From Octopus bimaculoides (taxonomy: Eukaryota), in the NCBI RefSeq assembly GCF_001194135.2, contig NC_068994.1:44537933-44601932 (forward strand): 64,000 nt of DNA, read 5' to 3'. The stretch's first letter is position 1. The number at the start of each line of letters is the position of its first letter. Under the pieces are notes generated by a model, which did no database searches, was not told where the DNA came from, and saw only the letters and a program-made list of their open reading frames with translations. Shown in pieces: positions 1 to 12,690 of this stretch. Made by a program: the position numbers and the translations under genes.

Positions 1-38
<38 letters not shown>

Positions 39-240
39 TGTGTCTGTGTGTGTGTGTCCCCCCAACATCACTTGACAACCGATGCTGGTGTGTTTATGTC
101 CCCGTAACTTACCGGTTCGGCAAAAAAGACCGATAAAATAAGTACTAGGCTTACAAAAAATAAGTCCTGGGTCGATTTTCTCGACTAAAGGTGGTTCTCC
201 AGCATGGCCGCAGTCAAATGACTGAAACAAGTAAAAGAGT
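1..240 (+). mobile_element. SINE family B, 3' half (after internal (TG)n)
   Basis: Near-identical to 7400-7625 (…gcttgacaaccgatgctggtgtgttta…ccagcatggccgcagtcaaatgactgaaacaagtaaaagag), preceded by (TG)n. Confidence 0.85.
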
Positions 241-695
241 ATATATAAGCAAGGCATAAATAATGGTTATTACATATTTTTTTTATTGCAGTAAATTTGA
301 CTTACAGCTGTTTCCAGTAGTCATTATGAGTTTTTTATTGATAGGCTCACTCAATCAGCTCATTGGTTGGTTATGGAAAACTGAAAGGCTGATTGAGTAA
401 ATTTATCAACAGCAAACATTTAAAGGCTACTGGAGAGAGCTGTAAGTCAAACTTGCTACAATAAAGAAAATATATAATAACCTTTATTTATGCTTTATCT
501 TCTATATCACTCTGTGTAAAAACAAGGATAACTGGAACACAACAATATAGAATGGTAATGAACTATAACCTTGGACCCTGCCATAAGAATACGCTGAGTT
601 CTTTACTAATCAAAACAATATTGTTAGCTTGGTGTACTAACATAGAATCTATGAAGTATTTTGCCAAGATTGATAATCCCTCACTAATAACTCTG

Positions 696-696
<1 letters not shown>

Positions 697-775
<79 letters not shown>
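697..775. repeat. compound (TA)n(CA)n microsatellite
   Basis: Directly visible tandem dinucleotides. Confidence 0.95.
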
Positions 776-776
<1 letters not shown>

Positions 777-794
777 CATACACATATATGTATA

Positions 795-2530
795 CTAGCT
801 GAATGACCTGGCATTGTCCGGGTTACTGCTGTTCTTATTCAGATTAGTAAACAATAAATATAAAGATACATCCTCATAATTATTTCAAAATATCTACATC
901 TTATTAAAAAAATATTCAAATTATAATGATAATATAATTTCAAATTCAAAATCTGTCAATGTTGAAGCACCTCAGGATAAACAATAATCATTGTGTAGTT
1001 TTTTTGTTTTTTTTATGTCAAAATGAATAAATTATTGCTGCTTCCAACTCACAAGCAAACAACATAGAGTTGGCCGTGGGAGAAGCAAGTAGTAGAGAAA
1101 TCAAGTGCAACTACTTTATCGGATTGACCCTGAGATTTGTTAATTGAAATACCAAATCTAAGTTTGACTGGAAACTGAAGCGTCTTAAATTCAAATGGAA
1201 CATCTGTAGGTATGAGAGGAATTTTTGGAATAAAGACATTTTCTCCTTTCTGACTACCTGTTATGATTGTTGCCTGTAGGACACGGGGCTTCACGGAAGT
1301 AACTATTAAGCGAATTCCATTACATAGGTGAGATGGGTCAAGATTTCTAAGCAACATAATGGGAGCACCCAGTTTTAGTGTCAAGCTATGCGGTGGCATT
1401 CCAGTGAGTTTAAGTGTGTTCAGAAATTCAACAGGGTATTGAACAACCAGATCTTGATTGAATGTTGTCAATTGATTGAAAAGTCATTTCTGATGCATCT
1501 GTTAACTTTTGAACAAGTTCGTAATTGAGTTTCTCAACCATTTCATTAGTTGGAGCTTGTATAGCTGTTTCACATAGCCAATTTACATCAGTGTAATTGA
1601 CAGATATATTAGGAAATACTTTATCCATAAAATTCCTAAGAGAAAGTATCATTTAACCACATGTAATTTCATGATGCTGAAGTCTTGAGTTGAATGTTAA
1701 TATCCCATGATCAATTTTAAGAAGCTCATATGATCACCTTGTAGAAGTACTCTAATGTTGTTCATAAGACGAAATTTTTACACGATTTTGAAGCATGCAT
1801 TGACCTTATCAGTTTTTGATCTTTTGGGGATAACTGGCAACGTTTGATGAAAATCTCCTGCATGAAGAACTGTTACTCCTCCCATGAGTGTGTTATTTTT
1901 TTTTTTTTTTTATGTCTTGAGGGGTACGGTCAAGTACCTCTGGAGCTCCACGATGTGACAGGGCACTCATCCCAAACAATGAGGCAAGTTTGTTGGCAAA
2001 CTGTTGCCATTGCAGTGTTTTTGGAAATGTTGCATATTTGAGATTCTTTCATTGCAAGGTTTAGAGGGAGCTTGAACATGGAATGAGTAGTTCTTCCCCC
2101 ATTGAGGAGGGTAGCTGCAAGACCAGAAGATGCTATACTGGCAAAAGGTTAGATTTTATTTCTTCCCATTTAGGGTTGCAGGTGAAAGTGACAAAAAGAT
2201 CTGGTTTTCAATATGTCCTGACATATGTCATAGCATCTTGTGTTCATTTGTGCATATAACGAGGACCACCTGTGAATGATAATGGGGGGATTATAAGTTG
2301 CCCCATGTTTTGAATATCACCATCTGTCCTCACAGCATCTTGGAGGTGAACATAATTTGTAGCTCTTAACTTTTTTTCATTGTTACAAATGTAGAGAAGA
2401 TGCCGACTCTCAACTTTAGCATACATATCAACCAGGTATTGCTGAAATATCAGGTTGAGTAAAAGGGAAGCAACGTTTTGAACCATGAAGAATTTGTACC
2501 ACACTCTTGCAGAGTTTTTAATTTTTTTAA
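795..2530 (-). mobile_element. Degenerate, internally deleted Helitron (RepHel remnant) with intact 3' terminus
   Basis: Minus-strand translation gives a Helitron N-terminal domain (FQQYLVDMYAKVE, SFTGGPRYM, PDLFVTFTCNPKW), then PIF1-family helicase motifs ([86 protein letters not shown]) with frameshifts and stops. 3' end: hairpin ACCCGGACAATGCCAGGT (823-806) followed by CTAG|T (798-795). Confidence 0.9.
1049..1471 (-). pseudogene. Helitron PIF1-like helicase C-terminal fragment
   Basis: ORF-track protein contains [32 protein letters not shown] and [14 protein letters not shown] motifs typical of PIF1/Helitron helicases. Confidence 0.9.
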
Positions 2531-2539
2531 GCATTTTTT

Positions 2540-2995
2540 TTTTTTTAATTGTCTTATAATACAGACATAAACTTGACCAAATGCTTCTATAAATTAACAT
2601 CGATATTTTTTTCACCATTATTGCAATCATCTGAAATGAAACTGTTAAAGCACGATATTCAAGCAATTTTGCTATTCAACTTCAAAAAAGGACATAAAGC
2701 AGCTGAAACAGCTCACCATATCAACGAAATGTTTGGTGAGGAAATGACCAGTGAGTGGTCAGCTCGAAAATGGTTTAAATGATTTCACTGCGGAGACCTG
2801 AGCCTTGAAGATTGTGAGCATAGTAGACGCCCATCTGTCATTGATGGCAGTCAATTAAAGACTGTCATTGAGAAAGAGCCATGTAAAAACCACTCAAGAA
2901 CTGGCGAAAGAACTTCAAGTTAGCCACAAAACTGCCTGCAACCATTTGCATGCGATTGGAAAAATCAAAAAAGCTTGACAAATGGGTACCACATT
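2540..2995 (+). mobile_element. mariner transposase N-terminal remnant (HTH to WVPH)
   Basis: ATG at 2636: MKLLKHDIQAILLFNFKKGHKAAETAHHINEMFG…WFK*FHCGDLSLED…GKIKKLDKWVPH. WVPH is the mariner linker motif; in-frame TGA at 2780-2782. Confidence 0.85.
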
Positions 2996-3016
2996 ATCAA
3001 CCCCTGACTCTCTTGG

Positions 3017-3056
<40 letters not shown>

Positions 3057-3808
3057 TGATTAATGTCATTTTTACGTTGAGTTATAATAAAAACAGTTTA
3101 ACATTAAACTGAAGAATTACTCAATCATTTTTATTGAGTACATATTTACAAGCATAGTAAGTACATTTACAAGCATAGTGCTGACAGTGACTTCGAAGTT
3201 TCAGCTTGCTAGCCTCCATTGGGTTCCTGTTGGATTCATCTACCCCAAGAGGAATCAAACTGTATCACAGTCTGCCGATTAAACACATGTACTATTTCAC
3301 TATTTATTAGATCCTCGCTGTAGTGTGTTGCTAAAATGCCTTGTGGTAATTCTTCCAGAGCTTTACATATTCTGTTCAAGTCCAGCTGCGGTCAACTGTT
3401 CAGGGTCAATAAAATAAAGTGCTAGTCAAAAACTGGGGGTCACTGCTATTGAGCGTAACCCAGCCCTCAAAATATCTGGCCCTACATCTAAATGAGAAGA
3501 CAATATTATTAGTCAACTAATTAGCTAATTAACCAACTGCTTGATCAGTCATTCCCTCAATCAGCTATTCACAACTTCATCAATGATAAAAACTCTGGCA
3601 AAATCAATAGATAGATTAATTGATTGAACCATCAACCAAGCAATTGATTAGTTCATTGGTTATTTAGTTAACTAGCTGCTTACTAATAATACTAACCAAT
3701 TTGTAAGGGTTTTAACAAAACTGACCCTACTAAGACAGAACATCTGTTTTTATACTCAATTTCACAGGCAAGAATCTTCCAAAATAGATCCCAAAACAAT
3801 ATATAATA

Positions 3809-3850
<42 letters not shown>

Positions 3851-4046
3851 GAGAGAGAGAGAAAGGGAGATGTCTATGTATATGTATATATATGTGTGTG
3901 TGCATATACACGTGTACATGTACATGCATATGTGTATGTGTACACGTAAGTATCTGTATACAAAAGTATATATGGGCACTTACATATATTTGCATACATA
4001 CTTATGTATTAGTACATGTATAAGCACTAATCATAATCCTATACAT

Positions 4047-4083
<37 letters not shown>

Positions 4084-4506
4084 CACTTATCTATATATAC
4101 TTGCAAACAAGGCTTCTAACAGAAATTTAGTAAGGCGGAACCAGACTGCTTTGGGGTTCCTGGAGAGTGGGGTGGGTGAGATTCTCTAAATATTGAAGGA
4201 GTCTATGAGATATTTTATTTGTTTTAGGGAGGGGTAAAAGAGAATCATAGGTTTCAGACACATGTACTGGCTGAACCCTTTTCTTATAGTCCATGCATAC
4301 AAATCAATATGCAAACATATATATACCTTAGTTGTAAAAATATATAATTCGCAGACACCATGAAAATGTTATCTCAGCATCTTAAATGAAGAAAAGAAAT
4401 GAATTTCTTAATATTATATTTAGTAATATCAAAATGGCTTAAATCAGTTGACACTGGAAAAATACGTCATTTTATACATATGTTGAAGCATTATATATAT
4501 ATATAT

Positions 4507-4612
4507 NNNNNNNNNNNNNNNNNNNNNNNNNNNNNNNNNNNNNNNNNNNNNNNNNNNNNNNNNNNNNNNNNNNNNNNNNNNNNNNNNNNNNNNNNNNNNN
4601 NNNNNNNNNNNN
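4507..4612. other. assembly gap (first of 10 N-runs; others 7966-8261, 11749-12464, 17945-17957, 18696-19413, 20273-20906, 25825-26426, 55809-56126, 58364-58735, 59998-60290)
   Basis: Runs of n; most are flanked by microsatellites or hairpins. Confidence 0.98.
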
Positions 4613-4627
4613 ATATAAATATATATA

Positions 4628-4805
4628 TTTTTTTATTCTACTTGTTTCAGTCATTTGACTGTGGCCCATGCTGGAGCACTGCCTTTAGTTGAACAATTCA
4701 ACCCCAGGTCTTATGCTTTGTAAGCCTAGTACTTATTCTAAGTTACGGGGACATAAACACACCAGCATCAGTTGTCAAGCGATGTTGGGGAGACAAACAC
4801 AGACA
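4628..4805 (-). mobile_element. SINE family B, 3' half
   Basis: Reverse complement of the family B tail (tacttgtttcagtcatttgactgtggcccatgctggagcactgcc…). Confidence 0.8.
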
Positions 4806-5150
4806 TATGACTTAATAGAGTTGTCGCTGTTTAGTTACATATTTAGGAGTGGTTGTAATTTACTTATTGAATTTATTTATTGATACGGTTGTACATAGGG
4901 TAAATGTGTTTGAAAGTTGTGGTTTCTTTCATTTGTTTGTTCCCAAAGAACACTTATTTTAGTGCTGTTGACCCCACCGGATTGAATGGTACTGCCCGAT
5001 GTTGAAACCATAATGATATCTATGGGGCAGCTGATGATGCTGGAATTTTGATATTGTTAGTATGGCTGTTTCTGTATATGTGGCATAATATTATTGGTAT
5101 GGCAGTGGAATAGTATTATAACACATCCTTTCAATATATGTATATATACA

Positions 5151-5534
5151 TGTTGGCACTCCGTCGCTTACGACATTGAGGGTTCCAGTTGATCCGATCA
5201 ACGAAACAGCCTGCTCGTGAAATTAACGTGCAAGGGACTGAGCACTCCACAGACACGTGTACCATTAACATAGTTCTCGGGGATAGTCAGCGTGACACAG
5301 AGTGTGACAAGGCTGATCCTTTGAATTACAGGTACAACAGAAACAGGGAGTAAGAGTGAGAGAAAGTTGTGATGAAAGAGTACAGCAGGGTTCGCCACCA
5401 TCCCCTGCCGGAGCCTCGTGGAGCTTTAGGTGTTTTCGTTCAATAAACACTCACAACGCCCGGTCTGGGAATCGAAACCGCGATCCTATGACCGTGAGTC
5501 CACTGCCCTAACCACTGGGCAATTGCACCTCCAC
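5151..5534 (-). mobile_element. tRNA-derived SINE family A (long form), full length
   Basis: A box/B box head (TGGCCCAGTGGTTAG…GGTTTCGATTCCC on minus); collinear with copies at 20907-21201, 35469-35855, 38307-38683 and 53132-53515. Confidence 0.9.
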
Positions 5535-5904
5535 ATATATACATATATATAACACATATTCTTTTCACAGGATGGCCCAAAATTTGCTCTAACATTTAAT
5601 ACATACAAATATATTAAATGGCAGCTTGAATTTTTGGTCATGCTGTATTTACGTTTTCTGGACAAAATTCTTTATTTCTGGCAAAAAGGTGATCATCAAA
5701 GACTCACCTTCTTCTTTCATCAGCAGGTACTGCAGTGCAGCAAATTAATAAGTATTGAGTGAATGATATACATGTCAGCAGGTTTGTATATTAATTAGTG
5801 AATGTATATTAGCAGGATTAAAAATAAAACCGTCTCCACTATGCAATTAAACCAACTGAAACTTTTAATTACTCAGTTACTACTACATTAAGAATGTGAA
5901 TATG

Positions 5905-5966
5905 CATACATACATACATACATACATACATACATACACACGTACATACACACATACATACATACA

Positions 5967-5998
<32 letters not shown>

Positions 5999-6155
5999 AA
6001 CATACATACATACATACAAACATACATACATACATACAAACATACATACATACATACACACATACATACATACACACATACATACAAACATACACACATA
6101 AATACACACATACATACACACATACAAACATACATACATACATACATACATGCAT
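5905..6155. repeat. (CATA)n tetranucleotide satellite, about 250 bp
   Basis: Visible tandem CATA/CAAA/CACA units. Confidence 0.95.
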
Positions 6156-6159
6156 ATCA

Positions 6160-6505
6160 CTGGTGAAGGCACATGGCTCAGTGGTTAGAACATTGGGCTC
6201 ACAATCATGAAGCAGTGAGTTCTTTTCCTGGACTGGGTTGTGTGTTTTTTTCTTGAGCAAGACACTTCATTTTCCATTGCTTCTGTTCACTCATCCATAG
6301 AAATGAATTGCGATGTCACTGGTGCCAAGCTGTATCAGCCTTTGACTTACCCTTGAATAACATCAGTGGCATGGAGAGTGGAAGCTGGTATGCAGGGGCA
6401 ACTGCTGGTCTTCAATAAACAAACTTGCCCAGACTTGTGCCTCAGAGGTGAACTTTTTAAGTGCAATCCCATGGTCATTCATGACTGAAAAGGGTCTTTA
6501 CTCTT
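6160..6505 (+). mobile_element. tRNA-headed SINE, family A head and CORE-like block with a different 3' tail
   Basis: gtgaaggcacatggctcagtggttag…tcttgagcaagacacttcattt…cactca, then a tail unlike family A. Confidence 0.65.
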
Positions 6506-6512
6506 TATGTAT

Positions 6513-6715
6513 ATCCTTTTCTACTCTAGGCACAAGGCCCGAAATTTTGGGGGAGGGAGCCAGTCAATTAGATCGACCCTAGTATACAACTGGTACGTAA
6601 TTTATCAACCTGAAAGGATGAAAGATTAAGTCAACCTTGGTGGAATTTGAACTCAGAACATAAAAACAGATGAAATGCCGCAAAGCATTGCGCCCGACAT
6701 GCTAACGTTTCTTAT
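6513..6715 (-). mobile_element. SINE family C copy
   Basis: Reverse complement of the 59716-59948 body (ctgaaaggatgaaagattaagtcaaccttggtggaatttgaactcagaac). Confidence 0.75.
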
Positions 6716-7024
6716 TTCTTTATTGCCCACAAGCGACTAAATATAGAGGCCAAAGTCCAATGAATGTAACAAGTAAAAGGATAAAAAAAAAATAAGGATA
6801 TACATAAATATATATGTATGCACATATTTTATAAGATATATATCATATGACATATACAGTTATATATATTATCACACACACACAGAAACACATATATACA
6901 CATATTATATGACACACATACATTTTACATATTGGAGTCTGGTGCAATCTTCCAGTTTGCCAACCCTGGTCAAATCGACCAACCCATACCAGCATGGACA
7001 ATGGATGTGAAACGATGATGATTG

Positions 7025-7058
<34 letters not shown>

Positions 7059-7185
7059 AATGATGATTTTATGTAGACCTATGTATGTATATACACAAAT
7101 ATATACACATAATTATACATACATATATCCATATATATGACATACATACACTTATACTCATACCTCTATATACATATATAGATAT

Positions 7186-7353
7186 GTAGGCATAGGTGTG
7201 GCTGTGTGGTAAGTAGCTTGCTTACCAACCACATGGTTCCGGGTTCAGTCCCACTGCGTGGCACCTTGGGCAAGTGTCTTCTACTATAGCCTCGGGCCAA
7301 CCAAAGCCTTGTGAGTGGATTTGGTAGACGGAAACTGAAAGAAGCCTGTCGTA

Positions 7354-7404
<51 letters not shown>

Positions 7405-7625
7405 GTGTGTATGTGTTTGTGTGTCTGTGTTTGTCCCCCCAACATCGCTTGACAACTGATGCTGGTGTGTTTACGTCCCCGTAACTTAGCGGTTCAGCAA
7501 AAGAGACCGATAGAATAAGTACTAGGCTTCCAAAGAATAAGTCCTGGGGTCGATTTGCTCGACTAAAGGCGGTGCTCCAGCATGGCCACAGTCAAATGAC
7601 TGAAACAAGTAAAAGAGTAAAAGAG
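7186..7625 (+). mobile_element. tRNA-derived SINE family B, full length, with internal (TA)n/(TG)n
   Basis: Head gtggctgtgtggtaag…ggttcagtccc, block ccttgggcaagtgtcttctactatag, internal microsatellite, tail …aaacaagtaaaagagtaaaagag. More than 10 further whole or partial copies in the window. Confidence 0.9.
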
Positions 7626-7897
7626 TTATACTCATACCTCTGTATATACATATATAGATATATACAATGTGTCTGTATGTATGTATGATGTATGTGTGTA
7701 AGAGATATGATATGATAAGAGAGACAAACAATGAGAGAAGAGAGAACCATAAAGAGTTATATAGGAATTTATCTACATTTTTTTTTTTTTTTTTTTTTTT
7801 GTGTGTACCAATGTTAGACTTCTATTTCCATTCCAATTCATGTGAAAATAGGGTTATCATACATCGCAATGCATGCATTCATATACATACATCTACA

Positions 7898-7965
<68 letters not shown>

Positions 7966-9972
7966 NNNNNNNNNNNNNNNNNNNNNNNNNNNNNNNNNNN
8001 NNNNNNNNNNNNNNNNNNNNNNNNNNNNNNNNNNNNNNNNNNNNNNNNNNNNNNNNNNNNNNNNNNNNNNNNNNNNNNNNNNNNNNNNNNNNNNNNNNNN
8101 NNNNNNNNNNNNNNNNNNNNNNNNNNNNNNNNNNNNNNNNNNNNNNNNNNNNNNNNNNNNNNNNNNNNNNNNNNNNNNNNNNNNNNNNNNNNNNNNNNNN
8201 NNNNNNNNNNNNNNNNNNNNNNNNNNNNNNNNNNNNNNNNNNNNNNNNNNNNNNNNNNNNNTATATATATATATATATATGCTACTGGTAGATCATTTTC
8301 AAAGGGACTCTGCCTCTCAGGCATTGAAGAAATCAGTTAATAAAAATAGAGCTTAGCTTAACTTCACCCTTCAGAACCATTAAATTTAGCTGTCTTACCT
8401 ATTCTTCACTCCCATCCGCCTTCTGTTTTTTCTATACCTTTCCTTCTCATACCCCCTCCCCCTTCTTTCTTTCCCCTTATTTTTTTTTCCATCTATCTCA
8501 TGCATGTCCTAATTCACTTCCTTTCTTCTCATTTATTAATTTTTTTTCTCCCTTTCCTCTTCAAATTGTTGATAAACCTATCCAGACATCCAGCTGTCAT
8601 TCTCAGAATCTAGTTCTCTCTTCTAGTCATTTGATAACTACATTTCCCTTACAAATAGCTGGCTGCACTAACTCCCAAGAATTGTCCAACGGAATTAGTA
8701 ATAGTAGTAGTAGCAGTAGTAGTCATAGTGGCAATCTTTCATTCAAAGAGAAGCTAAAGTAGAAAACTAACTGGATTACATTCATCTCCCAGAATATCAA
8801 AATGGTAAATCTATCAGAAGAAGCTTTTGTTGACATACAGAAACGGTTTCAACACTCCCGAGAGCAATATGATTGGTCCAGAAAGTTGAAAGCTGAATTC
8901 TAAAAATAACCATAGGTGCAGTAAAATAAGCTTAGACCTTAAGGAATCTGTTGTTTTGAAAGGATTTTTGTTTATTTTTAGCACTTTAAGGATAAAAGAA
9001 TTCATCTACAGTGCCACTTTTTTTTATATCTTAGTATTAATTTCAAGCAATGCAGAAGAACGAAAATTTATTTTCTCATATCAAATTTTGACAAGACAAA
9101 AACAAACAAGAATGGTTCTGAATTTTTGGTTACAGAGAGCCCTAAGTGAAAAATGTTTGCACCACATGAAAACCACACCTTTGACACTACACTATTTAGA
9201 AAAACTTATAATACACCGATATGATAACACAGCACACCCAGATATTCAATGTCTAGATTTTGTTACATATTGCCTCATCCCTCTTTAAGAACAGGTACAC
9301 ATTTAGGGAATGTTAGTAATACGCTTACTTCTATGCTGTTTCTATTTTTTTCCCATTTACTAAAGGTATTTATAAACATAGTTGAGTTGGTGTTAACATA
9401 TTTAATTCTGGAAGCATCAGAAAATATCTAGAAAACATTATGTGATGAGGTAAAAAGAAGAAAAAAAATACATTACTCATTAATTTGTACTGATTTGATT
9501 TATATCTGGATTTCTCTTCTTCATTTACTGGATGAATCGAAACAGTATTGTTTTATCATGTGGATAGCATCTAAGACTAAATAATTCCTGAAATATTTCC
9601 ATTTTCCTGTTCCTACAAATGTACATTCTAGTACATTCACATCTTGATTCTTTCATCACTGTTTCCATATGAACAGTGAAATCTTTGCTTCTCTGAAGAC
9701 ATTTAATGTGACCAAAATATGTCTGGAGTTGCTTCACATATTTACCATAAGAATTTAAATAGTATTTTCAATAACGAATATGCTTCTTTTTTTTTTCACT
9801 ACACAATCTTTTTTCTAGTTTAGATACACTCTGTATTAAATATTTCAGCACTAACTTATGTAGCATTCTTTTATGCAAATGGCAACTTAGAGAAATTCAT
9901 TTTCAAAACATATTCACAAACATGGCATATCGGCATTTCAAAGTATAGAAATTATTTTAAAAAACTGTAATC

Positions 9973-10124
9973 AGACACAGGCATGGCTGTGTGGTAAGAA
10001 GCTTGCTTCCCAACCACACGGTTCTGGGTTCAGTACCACTGCATAGCATCTTGGGCAAGTACCTTCTACTAGTGGATTTGGTAGATGGAAACTGAAAGAA
10101 CCCCATCATATAGATAGATAAGTA

Positions 10125-10155
<31 letters not shown>

Positions 10156-10370
10156 TTGTACTCCCCATCATTGCTTGACAACCAATGTTGGTGTGTTTAT
10201 ATCCCTGTAATTTAGTGGTCCAACAAAAGAGACCGATAGAATAAGTACTAGGCTTACAAAGAATAAGTCCTGGGTTTGATTTCTTTGACTGAAAGAAAAA
10301 AAAACCTTTAAGGTAGTGCTCCAGCATGACCACAGTCAAATGACTGAAACAAGTAAAAGAATAAAAGAGT
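9973..10370 (+). mobile_element. SINE family B copy
   Basis: Collinear with 7186-7625, with a small internal deletion. Confidence 0.85.
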
Positions 10371-11339
10371 AATTTGATTTGTTATAACAGTCCCTAGCTA
10401 AAAGCCTATTTGCCCCATCAAAGTTAAATACCCAAAGTTATCCACCCTTGGGGTATATTTCTGAACTTTTTGTACTCAGTTTGGTGACATGCAGACCATC
10501 TCTCATTGCTACTTACTTTATTATTCATCTTAGTTAGGTACAAGCATGACTGTATGGTATAGCAATTTGATTATTTCCTTATAAGGTAAAAAATGCAAAT
10601 TTTCCAAAAGTTTCTATTCATTTAAAAAATTAAAAAAACAACTAATATTATATACTATTTGCACCAGGGTAAATCTGGCACTGGAAAAAAACTCAGTGCT
10701 CCCACCATCATCCCCACTTCCCTTGGTGCACTATAAATATGCTTATATTATTCAGTGGTTAATCTGGGTATATTAGTGACAAACATTCCGAATTACTATT
10801 GTATCTTTATCAAAAGTTATTGTAATACAACCACACCCCCGAATACAGGGCATTTTTTCTGGGGGTTTTTTTTTATTCATTAATCATGATCTTTATCATT
10901 CACTTTATAATTGTAAATTCCACCTCTGCATGTTAGAGTAAGTGAGATGAGTCGTCCGTATTAACCAGAATCATTCCACAAGATTAGATCTATGTTTTCA
11001 TTTTTTTTTCCAACCTACCCCTGAAGGGTGTTGCACTTGTTATCGCCAGATTGTGGGTTCAGTTCCCAGACCAGGTGGTGTGTTGCATTCTTGAGCAAAA
11101 CACTTTATTTCATGTTGTTCTAGTGCTGTGTAGGGACCAGCATTCCAAAGAATAGACCCAACGCTTCCTTTACAAGCTGTGAAAGACTCTGAAAGGGGTT
11201 GAGATAGGATTTTCACTCTGACCTCATAAAACCCTCACCAACAACAACTACCCAAACAAACCCCTGAGTTGGATGGAAAGCTGTCACCTGAGTGGTGCAA
11301 GGATGCAAGGATATCATCTGCCAGAAGTAGGGAATCACC

Positions 11340-11688
11340 TACAAATGGTGAATGAAGTGGCACACTGTTACAGCACAGGAAGCAGGACACTCGTCAACCT
11401 CCACCACTGATGAGAAGATTCAGCAAGTTCGAAAGATGGTAATGGTGAACCAGTTCACCATTACCATCTCTTGGATCACTTCTCTTTGTTCTTCTATGGT
11501 GCACATTGCTAGTGGAGTGACCATGCTTACATTGTAAAGCCAGAAAGACAAATGGTGCCACTAGGCTCAAACTTCAATCACGTAACCACAATAGTACCAA
11601 CTATAAGCACACATGCACAGAAGCCAATGTGACAATAATAAAAATATGTTATGGCAAAAGTGTAGATAACTTTTGACTTCCCCTCGTA
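11340..11688 (+). mobile_element. internally deleted mariner remnant with 3' TIR
   Basis: GHSSTSTTDEKIQQVRKMV resembles the mariner GRPSTS linker. The end …gataacttttgacttcccctcgta reads TACGAGGGGAAGTCAAAAG on minus, a mariner-type TIR, followed by TA. Confidence 0.6.
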
Positions 11689-11694
11689 TACATG

Positions 11695-11748
<54 letters not shown>

Positions 11749-12464
11749 NNNNNNNNNNNNNNNNNNNNNNNNNNNNNNNNNNNNNNNNNNNNNNNNNNNN
11801 NNNNNNNNNNNNNNNNNNNNNNNNNNNNNNNNNNNNNNNNNNNNNNNNNNNNNNNNNNNNNNNNNNNNNNNNNNNNNNNNNNNNNNNNNNNNNNNNNNNN
11901 NNNNNNNNNNNNNNNNNNNNNNNNNNNNNNNNNNNNNNNNNNNNNNNNNNNNNNNNNNNNNNNNNNNNNNNNNNNNNNNNNNNNNNNNNNNNNNNNNNNN
12001 NNNNNNNNNNNNNNNNNNNNNNNNNNNNNNNNNNNNNNNNNNNNNNNNNNNNNNNNNNNNNNNNNNNNNNNNNNNNNNNNNNNNNNNNNNNNNNNNNNNN
12101 NNNNNNNNNNNNNNNNNNNNNNNNNNNNNNNNNNNNNNNNNNNNNNNNNNNNNNNNNNNNNNNNNNNNNNNNNNNNNNNNNNNNNNNNNNNNNNNNNNNN
12201 NNNNNNNNNNNNNNNNNNNNNNNNNNNNNNNNNNNNNNNNNNNNNNNNNNNNNNNNNNNNNNNNNNNNNNNNNNNNNNNNNNNNNNNNNNNNNNNNNNNN
12301 NNNNNNNNNNNNNNNNNNNNNNNNNNNNNNNNNNNNNNNNNNNNNNNNNNNNNNNNNNNNNNNNNNNNNNNNNNNNNNNNNNNNNNNNNNNNNNNNNNNN
12401 NNNNNNNNNNNNNNNNNNNNNNNNNNNNNNNNNNNNNNNNNNNNNNNNNNNNNNNNNNNNNNNN

Positions 12465-12640
12465 ATACATGCATCATACAGCCTTTTACTCTGAGCGAGA
12501 GGCCCTTTGTCACCAGCAGAGGTAAGAGCTCTCTGAACTTTGCCCAGGCTATTCTTATTCTAGCAGCTACACTTTCAGCGCACCTTCCGCCTCTACTGAC
12601 TTGGTCACCTAGGTAACAGAAGTCACTCAACTACTTCTAG
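12465..12640 (-). mobile_element. RTE-clade LINE reverse-transcriptase C-terminal fragment
   Basis: FCYLGDQVSRGGRCAESVAARIRIAWAKFRELLPLLVTKGLSLRVKG matches the RTE post-RT 'F.YLG…RIR.AW.KF.EL..LL' pattern. Confidence 0.8.
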
Positions 12641-12651
12641 TTTTTCTCCCT

Positions 12652-12690
<39 letters not shown>

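Noticed and set aside
5869-6260. MYVC/HTYI-repeat ORFs
   Set aside because: Translation of the (CATA)n satellite.
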